Shown here: positions 27,301 through 38,500 of the stretch, one piece after another
How the letters are laid out: the number at the start of each line of letters is the position of its first letter
Numbering within the stretch: the first letter of the stretch is position 1
Source: Catajapyx aquilonaris
Lineage: Eukaryota
DNA: 64,000 nt
Assembly (NCBI GenBank): GCA_000934665.2
Contig: KZ538768.1
Location: 1 to 64,000, forward strand
Reading direction: 5' to 3'
The notes under the pieces: generated by a model
What the model was told of the DNA's origin: nothing
What the model saw: only the letters and a program-made list of their open reading frames with translations
The model's database searches: none
Translations under genes and position numbers: made by a program

Positions 27301-30300
27301 TAGAGTTGCGTCAATCATTAATCCTTGTGCATTATTACCTTGGAATTTGCGACGGGAATAACGATCCCAATTCGCGCCATATGGCCCGGTATATAAATGT
27401 GGCGACATGAAATCTCTCTTGACCCGCAGCAACTCTCTCGGTACACACCTACTGGAAGTAAGGGTGGAAAGATGGACTGCGAAGAGTCCTCCTCCGTCTT
27501 TTCCACAAGCGGGCCAATATTAAATTTTCTCTTTACCTGAGGCCCCTGTGGCGAAGCAGCATTGTGAATTTTGATGAGCGGCTTCTCTTCCGTGCTCCGT
27601 CGCCTCCGTCACGTCTGGCTGCGTGCACATTACCAGCGGCTTTAAGCCTTCGTCAGACCGAGAGGGGGGGTAGAGGACTTCAAAAAAAAATCTAGAGAGG
27701 GAGTGAAGCGTTTGTAGCCACAGGCTCGAAAAACTTGCATGACGGTGAACTGTCCGCCAGATTTCACCTGATGCGCCGATCGTGTCGACGTCTCCAGACA
27801 TTTGCAGACGTGACGCGTGTCGTCGCATAGTTTAATTTTTTAAGGATGAGATTCGAAGCTTAAGCGGTACAAGTTGGTCGTGTGTAGTGGGGGTCTTCCA
27901 GTAATCGAACGATTTGAAAAGAGCTGGAAAATTTTGGAGGATGTCTTCGGGAGGAGGAGGAGAAGAAGAAGAAAAGAGGGGAAAGGTGGGGGCGGAAGGC
28001 AAGGGGGGAAAGAAGGGAGGGGGCCCTCAACCCACCTGAAAGATGTCAAATTCTCGGAAATGTTGGCCTGAATTTTAAATAAGCCCTTCCTGTCCCATTT
28101 CATTTCGTTTCCCCGGGATTAAGTCGTTTCCGCGGGCTCCAATTAGAGTGAAGAGTCAACGGATCGGCTGCTCTGTCGTCTTTTTCTTCTGGTGCCTCAT
28201 GAATAAATGATTTCGCTATCCTGCCTCATTCCTGCTCGTCCCTTCCTCACTTCCCCTTCAATCACCATTTCTTTTCTTCCTCCATTCCGATGTGTCCGGC
28301 ACGGGGGGAACTTAAAACTTTGCTTCTAATCATGGCGGCATTTTTTTTTCTCTCTCCCAGAGTTTCCCAGGCCCGTAACCAGTTATCGCCTGTTCCTTCC
28401 CTTCTGATATGTATTTTTTAAAGTGTCGTAGACAAGGTCCGATTGGAGCGTGGTAGTAAAACGAGCTGTCGAGAAGAGACATGGCTGCGAGTATCAAAAA
28501 TTTACTCTGCTTCTCGCAGCGGAGGAAGCTTCCTAGTCGCTCAAGAATTCCCCGCGAACCCTTATCTGGAGTTAGACAGCCAGTCATCAACTATTTAAGA
28601 CGTTTGCCGAATGCCTTATTCATAAAAGACGGAGCCGGGCTAGATAGAACAGCGCCGGGGAGCTGTAATCAACTGGATGTAGAAACCGGTGTATCTCGAG
28701 GAAAGGCAAAGATTACTGCCTAACAGACGTAAATTTTGCAGGCTTTACGACCAGACATTCATATGCTGCCTCTGGCTCCACCTGCTTCTCTTTCTCTTTT
28801 TTTGCTTCGTGAAGACTAGCCTCTTTTTTTTGCATCTGGGAGAGAGAAGAAGAAAAAGAAATAGGTACCTGGGCCTTTTGTTTCAAATAAGCTCGTCTTT
28901 TGGCGCCCCCAGAAAATTCGCGCTAGATTTTCGCTCTCCGAGCGAGTAATTGCCACTGTACTGCTTAATAATGCAAGAAGTGTTGCAGTTTCCGAGACCG
29001 TCACCTCTTTATAATGAAAACTGCAGGTTGTTTTGCAGTAGGTTCAATTTGTAGGCTTAGTCTCGTTATAGGGGGCGAAAGGGATGAGGTAATTTCATTG
29101 CGTTAACACCATTTCTCTCTGATGTTGCACTTGGACGAGACGCTGTCTCTTTACATGGAGCGAATTTCCGCCTCCTGAAAGCGATGGAAAATATATTATT
29201 GCGATCTCTCTTGTGATTAAATGCGATTATATCATTTGCGCACCTGTGAGGCTGGAATAGCACAAAAAGGTGTAGCTGATTACAGGTACATTTTGTGCCC
29301 AGAACTTTGTAGAGAAATTGCTGCCCCTGGTACAAATAAAAGCCGCTTAATTGCATCGCCCAATTGTCCGAATTTTGTAATTGATCAAACGGAATAAAGG
29401 AAGGGATTTCATAATTCTATGCCAATAGCTGAATGATACGACAATCCGAATTTTAGTGAATTCTGATATGTAGGCATTCTGGTCTGCTTGATACAAAGTT
29501 AGCGGGAAATGGGCGCACATATAATTTTTTTCCCCCCCTATAGAGCCGTATCCCAAAACACATTTTGATGGAATGTATGCGGCAAATCGATTCGTATATG
29601 AAGTTGTCCCCAAGTTGCGTCGTAGTATTAGACTGGATTATAATAAAAATACAGTTCAGTGCCGTTAGAGGGAGCAGCTATGCGGAATTATTACTAGATT
29701 ATCGGAATTCTGGATCGTATAGTGCGCCATTACTCTGCCAACCTTTAATGGCGCAGTAGGAATATATTGCCAACTTCAGTACTTCTCATTACGGCCCCCT
29801 GGATATAGGAATAGACTTTACCTTCCAATATGCCCCTCGGCTGTAAATCCGGTCCCGGGGTATATCCGGGGTCGGTCAGCCCCTCTCTCCTTTTTTGTTT
29901 CTTCTGGGAGGGGGTGTGTGTAACCCGTGCAAACACCTGCAACGAGTCTTGGCAGTTGACACTGTAGTTGGCAGGAAAAGCACTGCTCCTCCCCATTTTC
30001 TCCTGGTCGGCCCGTATTTTCCTGGGGAAGCTTTTCGAATTGGGAGAAGCCTCTTTTTTTCCCCCTTCTTCTTCTTTTTCTGGGTGGTGGGGAAAAGCGG
30101 GGTTCCTGGGAAGAGAGAGAGGAGACGCTCGTTTTATTGAGGAGCTGCTGGTGGAACTTCTTTCTCGGATTGTCGACGGGGATGTCTCACCCATACTAAT
30201 TACCCGCTTGGGCGTCCGGAAGGGGTCTCCAGGTACCTCCTTTTCGCCTTGCAGACTCATGTTGGTGGCGGATGGCCCGCCGAAACTGGGGGAGACTTCT

Positions 30301-32084
30301 TGTTGGCACGATCAAAAACACCCACCAGGAGGGGAGTTTCAAGGAGAGTCTTGCAGGTTTAGAAGGGGGGAGATGGACCGAGGAGAGAACCCCAGGAACA
30401 GAGGGAAATAAGAAGAGGGGAGAGAAAAAAGAACTCGATCCCAGGCCAATGGGAATGGCGTGATCGCGGACTAGGCGCAGTTCCAGTGGCTTCCGGACGT
30501 GCCAAGTTCATAATGTCAACAAGTGAGGTTGAGGGGGAGAAGGAGATGGGAGGAAAGATTTTTTTTTTTCATTTAAAAAGGAGGCTCGAAGAGAGAGGTT
30601 GCTCGTCGGAATTGACCGCGTGGTAAAAGTCCTCAGGCTGCTTGACTGGGTAACAACAGTTCGTAAACTCATAAAAATTTTGCTTCTCCTTCTCAAGGGT
30701 GGGGGGCGAGAGGATATTACAACCACTCCTTCTTCTCTTTTTCTTCTCCTTTCAAAAAGTGTATGTTGGATGGGAAGGTCGTCACGGCGCCCCTGCGGTG
30801 GTAGAAAAGGACGGTCCTCCTCCAAGTCTGGCTTTTTATGAGGCTAATAACGGAAATCAATTTGACGGAGTACGCCAAGCGTCACTCATCGTGACCCCAT
30901 GTGAAGAAGGCGGAGGTGGGGGAGGGAGAGAGGGTGGGAGTCCTTAGGGCCAAAGTTTTATCGCCGTGGCAATTGGAGAATGGAGTCGTCAGTTAGTTAA
31001 GCTGGCTGCCGATCTTGTGCTGCGGGAATAAGAAATGAGGCCAATTCTTGCCGACTTTCTTGTACTAGTTAATGTTTGGAGCATCGAGTTACTCTCTGTA
31101 TAAGCAAAGTCGCGCCGAGATTGTTTGCACTGTAGTCTTGCAGGACTGATACGCATTCTCATACAGTTTAGTCAACAGAATTGCGGGTTTGGGAAAGAAG
31201 CGCAGCGACGGGTGTGCAGTTATGACTGTCCCAGTGCGCCGTTGTCGCGGTCCCTCGATTCCATTCAATGGGAATGAAACTTTAGTCGGGACCAACTTTT
31301 CCCCAAAATCCACCGTTCGTCTTGTAAAAACAAAGCCAGCAAAAATATATGGGAACGATCGGGACGAGAGACAGGAAGCCGACTTTAGGATTGCCTTTAT
31401 CATGTTAATGCCGCGTCTTCCACACAAATCTATTGGCTTCAGGAAACTCAGGAGTCTCCTTCGACTTCTTTCCCCCCTTCCTTTTCTTTTTTTCCATTCC
31501 TTCTTATTCCCCTTCTTTTACTATTTTTGATAATCTGGCTCGTCTGCCGGTTGGGCTTGGAGGTAGCCGGTCTGGCGGAAAGAAAACAAGGAAACGGGGC
31601 AGGATCTATTATATCCTCCTACTGCCAAAGACTCGGTGCTTCGCCGGGTCCAATGTGCAATTTCAATCATTTATGCCCCACGCGTAATAATAATATTTCG
31701 CCTCATACAACCCTCCCCCCTTCCCTCCTATATTTTTATTTCTTGGTACCAGAAAATGTCCCACGGTCCAAATCGGGATTGCACCCCCCTCATTTTTTTC
31801 TCTCTCGAAATGTCCCTCCCCGGAAGAAAGGAGGGAGGGGGGGGGGGGGGAAGAGGCCCATTTTATGCTTTATCTTTATACTGACATCTCAATTCGGAGT
31901 CACGCACATCTTGGCCGCTTGACAACAGAAAACTTTTCGCTGCGCTTACACGACAGCAGGCGCGACATTAACCGCGGCCGTTTCTTCGAATAAGGCATCC
32001 AAGTGGCTCGTGCTTTACGACGTCTCAAAGCTCGGTCCCCCGATCGAATCCGGAGTGAAACGAGGCGATATTGTGATAATTGCG

Positions 32085-32158
32085 CCCTCTTTTTCTTTTC
32101 TTTTTTTAAACCTTTTTTGTGTGACAGCCCTGCAATGATTGTTCTCTTATTGTTTCAG
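32085..32158 (+). promoter_or_regulatory. 3' splice-site region (polypyrimidine tracts and CAG acceptor) of the TIA-family exon
   Basis: Pyrimidine runs at 32085-32107 and 32111-32118, then ttctcttattgtttCAG directly abutting the conserved coding sequence. Confidence 0.85.
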
Positions 32159-32246
32159 AGCATTACCACATATTCGTCGGTGACCTGAGCCCAGAGATCG
32201 AGACTCAGACGCTTCGAGAAGCCTTCGCTCCATTCGGCGAGATCTC
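32159..32246 (+). CDS. TIAR: Internal coding exon (88 nt; phase 1 in, phase 2 out) of a TIA-1/TIAR-family (nucleolysin TIAR / Rox8 / trv-like) RNA-binding protein; N-terminal part of the RRM2-type domain
   Basis: Manual translation from 32161 gives [28 protein letters not shown](S). It contains the RNP2 hexamer IFVGDL and closely matches the TIA-1/TIAR RRM2 start as I recall it (human [29 protein letters not shown]). It is bounded by a canonical acceptor (ttattgtttcAG, AG at 32157-32158) and donor (GTAAGT, 32247-32252). The family assignment is firm; the exact paralogue is not determinable from one exon. Confidence 0.95.
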
Positions 32247-32277
32247 GTAAGTACTTCCTTTTTTTTTCTTTTCTTCT
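32247..32277 (+). promoter_or_regulatory. 5' splice site GTAAGT followed by a 24-nt pure pyrimidine (U-rich) tract
   Basis: CTC|GTAAGTA, then cttcctttttttttcttttcttct (32254-32277; 18 T and 6 C, including T9). Confidence 0.85.
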
Positions 32278-32438
32278 GACATTTGCCTTTCCTGGCCGTT
32301 TGGGTGCGCAGTAAAAACTGGTCCAGGTCAAAAGTGGGAGGGGGGGATGTTTGGAAATATCCGGAAATACGATTGCTCCAATTGGAAACGCAGGCTGTTT
32401 CCACGATTTGGGAGCGGTGATTAAACGGGTTAGGGTGA

Positions 32439-32528
32439 GGAGTTGTAGCCGTGTCGTTAAAATTTTATCACCTGGCTCAAGGTCAGGAGGTCGGGTGGCA
32501 TAAATTCGAGCCCCGCTGCTCCTTTTTT
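32439..32528 (+). pseudogene. Degenerate tRNA-like element (tRNA pseudogene or tRNA-derived SINE head) followed by T6
   Basis: 5' GGAGT pairs with 3' GCTCC (acceptor-like). A-box-like TAGCCGTGTCGTTAA at 32446-32460. Anticodon-like arm CCTGG-CTCAAGG-TCAGG at 32471-32487. Short variable region AGGTC. T-loop/B-box-like TTCGAGC+CCCGC at 32505-32516. TTTTTT at 32523-32528. The D-arm and T-stem are disrupted by extra bases. Confidence 0.5.
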
Positions 32529-35500
32529 GCCCCTCTAAAATGGCATGTTGAGGTGGTCACCGCCGGGCTAATATTGAAGTATGTAGGCTAGCGAGTTGTA
32601 AAATCTCGCAATTAATGTCTACATGGAAATGAAGCTTATTTTGGGGGAGAATATTCAGGATGTGCAGGTCTGAACGCGAACGGTGTGGTCAGTCGAGGTC
32701 AGTGTCCACCTGGTGTTATCATAGCCGAATCTCCTGAACGTGACCTTTTTAACCGAAGGTTCCATGATCCATCTGGAGGCATGCAACATCGCATGAATTT
32801 CCGTGTAACCATATAGGCCCGGGGGCGGAATTATTTTGGTTAGGTTATGATTACCGCAGATTGTTTCCTACCGTGCCATTCTGTGGGTCGCGGGTTTATA
32901 TTGCGTTTAGGTGCATTAGTGTTATTGCAGGCTTTTTCAGTGATAAGTAAAATTAGTGACACGACATCTCTCGAAGCAATTAAACACCTGACCACCGATC
33001 TAGGGGCCGCTGCTGCTGCTGTTACAAGGGGGGAAAGTATGACGGCCGCTTCAGACGCTTATTAGCGCCAGTGATATATCACTCCCGCCTGCCTTTCCCC
33101 TCGTCTGCTGAGCTTGATTCGATTTTTTTTTATATAGAACGGGGGAAAAAATGGAGCGTTGCTTAAGTGCCTGTTAAATGGATCAGGGGCGCAGTCTTAT
33201 CCGAGGGCCAAGTGGCAACCGAAGCAATTAAGACGGACACCAGGTCGAGTTAGCTGCAAGCCATTCGTCCCAACACCTGTGACCGCAAATGGAATTTCTT
33301 CTTCCCCCCTTTTCTTCCTTTTTTTCTCGTTATTTAACCTCGTTTTCTGGCGCTCTCTTACTCAACCCCCCCCTAACATATATACAGAGGGGGTCTGCCT
33401 TGTCGTCCCCCCGCACTAGCCTTTAATTAAAATCATAAGTTTTTGTCAAGCCCCCCCCCCCCCCNNCCCCCCCCCCCCCCCAACTTGGCCGTTTTTTATC
33501 CTCTCTCCCGCCCTCCCTTTGGGTATGTTTTGGAGGTCGCCAGGAGGAAATGGGGTGTGGTGTGGTTAGTTAAGGGTTAATGACTGGTCAAAACCGGGTC
33601 TTATCGTGGCCGTTAAATGGATGGGCGGGTCATTTGGCCCTTGGCTAATGTTGCCTCCCGGGTTATGTTCTCAACCGTCGCACCTTCCATCTTCCTTGGA
33701 GCTTTTATTTTTTTGTACAGAGTAGGTAAGGTGGGATCAGGTGTGGTGCAGTCAGAACCCGAGAGGACACGGTCCACTCAGGAAAATTTGCAGTGGTAAT
33801 TGCGAGAGTTTCCCCTCCCCTCCCACTGTCGGATGACGGGTCCAATTGTATCGGGCAATTGCGGGCATGATTTGTCGCGGTCCATTTTCGTCCGGCGGCG
33901 CGGCCCTTACCCGGAGGCTACGTATCTCACCACATGTGAGAGTGTTGAATCAATGTGACGGTACGGGTGGGCGCGAGATAAATTTTCGGGTGCAGTCGTA
34001 ATTGGAAGGAGCTCTTGTTCCAATATGTGCCTTGGATTTTTTGGCAGTGCCACAGGGTTAATATGGCCAATAAATAAAAGCAGAGCAGGGGCAAAGGAGG
34101 GGGTGGCGGGACAGAGGGAGGAGGGAGGGGGAAAAAAGAGGCGCAGTGCGGCAGCCAAGTGTAAACTGGGAAGAGAAGATGGTAATGGATTCGTCCCTTG
34201 CAACAAGCGAAAAACATTAGCCAACAGTTTTATGAACGTGCTGTACTTTTTCTCTACTCTCTCTCCGCACTTCTTCTGGCTCAACCAAACAAAGCTTCAG
34301 ATGTTCGGAGCATCTTTCTAATTTCAAATGCGACCTTCCGTGTATATCTTTCCACTATACGCAGGATGAAATGTCTCGTCGAGTCTGGTAAAAAAAAAAA
34401 AAAATTATAAAATAGCCGTGGAGTTTATCATGTGCGCTGTTATTTCTGGAGTGGCCTAATACAATGCTAATGTATTTTTTCCCCTCGCAGATGTGCTAAA
34501 ACATATTTGCATATTAAATAAGTTGAGTAATAGTTTTCAGTTAATGTTCCTTTGAAAGTTAAATTAGGCGTAGCAGTTTAAAGAAAGTGCTTGGTGCTCG
34601 GCGAGGCGAATGGCAACCGGATGAAGGAGAGGGGAGCTTTTCTTATCCTTTCCTTTCCCACCCCCTCCTTCTCCCTCCTTACCCCAACTCAACCCCACTC
34701 GACCCCACCCCCCCCCCCCCNCCCCCCCCCCCCACCCCGAAACTACCTGCTGTTGTGAAGAAGTCGAGTGGAGCGAGCTGCTGGTATGCGGGCTTAAGAG
34801 AGGCTTTCCAGTCGTTAATGTTAGATGGAAAGTAAATTAGGCGAGCAGTAAACTTGCTACACAAGACTCACTTCCAAATGATTGCAAATATAGGGAAACG
34901 TTAGAATTTTTGTCCATCACTGCCACGATGGATTACCCTCAGCCTGTGTACGCACCATAAGAAAAATATTATGTCGAGGGGGCCAATAACTATGGTTTTC
35001 CCATCCATGTAAAGGGGTCCGAGTAGGCGGGCGCAAACTTTCTTGACAACCCCTTCCGCAGTTCTTATCGCAAGTGAGAAGGCAGCCGCGGAGTTGTGCT
35101 CAATGAAAGAAAGACAAAGACTTGTCCAAAACTAAGCAAATTAGCCTGGAGGTAGTGGGGAAGAGGGGGAGGGAGGCCGCCCCTATCTCCCCAGGAATAC
35201 CTCTGTCTTCTCTTGAATGCCGAGTTTGGCCCATCAACTGTAAAAGATAACACCGGGGGGTAATTAGTAATCTTTCCAACTCTCACCGACATCGTTGCTG
35301 CTCTCAAACGACGTCACTCCCTCTCTCTTCTTCCTTCCAGCTCTGTTATATTTTTATATTCTTCCTGCTCCGCGATAGGAACCAGTCAGAGTTTCCAGGG
35401 TGTTTGCCAATTAATCGCGAATTCATTAAATAAGGAATGTGCCTGGTTTTCGGGGAGCGACTTTCTTTCCCCAGATTGGCTAGCTGCATATTGCAGGAAT

Positions 35501-38500
35501 TCGCCCCCGTTGTTATCCGGGGCCAATTCTATCGAAGCCAATGCCCATGAAGTTTTTATTTCCTTGGAGGGCTAATGGCGCTGCTCCAGTAGACGGCGTG
35601 GATGAAAACCTCCCCGGATGATTCTGGGGGCGCAATATGGCCGTCCCCTCCCTCCCTCCCTCCCCCTTCTCCCTTATGCATTGAGAAATTCCTTATTCAG
35701 CCCAATTGGAGAACTAAGCCCTTCCACTAGTGCACCTACCCCCGGTGAAACATGCATGGCCAACCAGTTTGTTTAGGGAACAGGATGACATCTGCGATGA
35801 GAAATGGTTGCGGAGGTTTTAACCCGGACTGGGTAGGGGGATTTCCTTGGCCTGTTGCGACTCCCTCCCCTCTTTTGGGGTTCAACCCTGTTGGGCTTAA
35901 CGGGATGATGTTTAATTCGGGCAATTGTGATGGCGTTACACTTGGCAATTCTATTGCTCCCTCCCCAACCCTCCCAACCCACCTCGACTTTCGGTAGGCA
36001 AAGTATAAGCCTCCTCTTTGCCAGCCAAACACAGGCCTCCTTTCCTGCAGACTCCCTGCAACAACTTTCGATAATTTAGTTACTCCCTCCAGTTATAGCA
36101 TTTCTAGCCGGAATAGGGACATAAAGGTACTGAATTATAGGCTCCGTTTCCCTGTGGCCTCACGGGCATGCCCTTTTTAACCCCCCCCCCCCACCTCTCT
36201 GCTCTCCCCCTCCCTCCGCCTCTATTCACCTTACCGCTAAAGACGGCAGCCAATTTTTGCCAATAAGAGAGGGCTAACAATTGGCTTCCTTTATGGTTTT
36301 GTAACTTGTAATGAAAGATCACGATTGGTTGTAAAATCGGAACAAGGTTTGGGATTTTTTTTCTTCTTCTTCTTTCCCCTCCATGTCAGATCCAATCGGA
36401 ATTTTAAGAGTCGGGGCTCGTAAAAAAATAAACATAGGAAGGAAGGCGGTTTCAGTCTCCGATTGATAAAACCGCAATACTTTCCAGCGCATTTATTTAA
36501 TCCTATAAATCTCTCTGGCAGATTTCTTCATACCGGTTTGGCAGTAATCAAGGATTCTCCCTCCCTCCCCCCCTCGATCTTTTCCTTTTGGCGTTGGTAG
36601 CAATCCCCGCCCACCTTCTCTCCCTTTTCTCTTTTTCTCCCCCTCTATTTCTCCCTTCCTCCCTCCCTCCCTCCCCCCTTGCATTGCCCGCCTGCATTTG
36701 CATTTGTCGCCAAAGTTGGAGCCAATGAATATTTATAGGTTCGAATTATGGCATGGTAGTCCCGGGGAAACACGGGGCGAGTATAACCGTTATTCCAAAG
36801 ATAAGGTCTTTAATTGTACCTAATTTACATGTTAATTGTCGCTATGATTAACGCTTAAGAAGGCCGGATCCCTTGCTGAGCCTGGGGGCAGGAGGAAGAT
36901 GGGGAGTGTAAGGGGAGGAGGGGAGACTTTTTTTTTTTTTTTGAACCGTCGTGGAAAAGGGGGAGGGGGGGGACTGGCTGATGAAGCATTGTGTTCCTGA
37001 CGGAGAATTGGAGCTTTAAGGTGGTTGCCATGTTGGAACCAATCGTTACTTGGCAATTATCAGGTTGCGGGAGGGTTTCAAGGGGGGTGGAGGACACGGG
37101 GCGGATTTTGTAACATCTACCTGGCACTGGTTGAGGAGGTGGCGGCCTTGGGAATGCGACACAATCGAAGAGCTGCCAGACGAAAATTTGCACCTGCATT
37201 GGCCAAAAAATTCTATGAAATTCCAGGGAATTGTCCGGGAATTCGCTTCGCCAAATGAGGCGATAAGGCCTATCTCGTCCAGCTTCGGTCATAAAGCGGG
37301 CCTTCGAGTGTTAAAATTTCACAACCTGTCACTCTGTGAAGTGTCAAATGGCGCAGATTCCATCGCGAGCGAGCATTGCCAAGAAAGAGATTATCCCCTC
37401 CTCCCCTCCCCTCCTCCTCCTGCCCCCTTCCTGCTGCCGGCTTTTAGTGCGAGAACAGCAAGCACACACATAAACTCGCAATTTTGTTGGCGTTCAAGTA
37501 GCCATTCCGAACCCAACTGTAATTAAATCAGGCTCCGCTCCCTCCCCCCTCCCTCCCTCCCTACAGTGTTGAATTGCCCGAGTCCCTTTCTCCCTCTTTT
37601 TTTATTCTTAATTTTATAGTGCGCATAAAGCAGTCGAGGTTAATTTTATTTTATTTGATGGGCCAGTAAATTAATTTAATGAATCTAATTTGATATTGGA
37701 AGCGGTTAATCTGGCCACCTCGGAGCTGATACATGGCGGGATGTATGAGTAGCAAATGGAATTACGTTATTTCCATGCATACGGAGCCTCATTATAAGAA
37801 CGAACTTGGGGAGGGGAGGGATGGGATTGGGAGGGAGGGGGGGGGGCGAGATGGGAGGGGAGGCTCGCGGCTGAAATTAGAGTTGGAGGCAACTGGACGA
37901 GGGCTCCATATGTACAACTTCGCAGAAAGGTGGTCATTAGGCAGCGCCCGGGAACAATTCAACCCGCTCTCTCTCTCTGCCCTCTCTTCCCCTCACCCCT
38001 ATCCCATACACATAATCCCTCTTTTTCCGTGATTTGTCACCGTGATTTGAAACCGTGCAAAGCTGGCCTTGTATATATCCCTGGCGCCAGGCAATAAAAT
38101 GGAGACCGGAATTCTTTTCCACCTCTAAAGCAGACTAGCATTCTTGTCATTCCTGCCATTCCCATATAATAATCTGGCAGAGATGCCTGTAGGAAACAGC
38201 CCGATTTTTTTTTCTCTCTCTCTCCATTCCGCCTTCTCGCATCGACTGCCCCCTCCAACCACCCACCTTTCCCCACCACCTAGTCGTTCTTATATACCCG
38301 TCATCGTGCTTTTGGGAGGTCTCTCTCTCTCTCTCCTCCTGCTCCTCGATCTTACATCTTGGATTTGCGGGCCACTTTATGGCTTAGCTCCCCGTGTTGA
38401 CTCGGTCTCCCCCCCTGCCTTTCATCACCGACACGTTTTCCTCTGGCTCCTTGCTTAACCGCCGCCTGACGTCTCTGGGATGCGATTTTCACATTTTCGA

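Noticed and set aside
33452..33481. Very long poly-C/poly-G runs containing single Ns (also near 34720, 39533 and 41294)
   Set aside because: Length and content are unreliable; these are typical sequencing or assembly artefacts at homopolymers.
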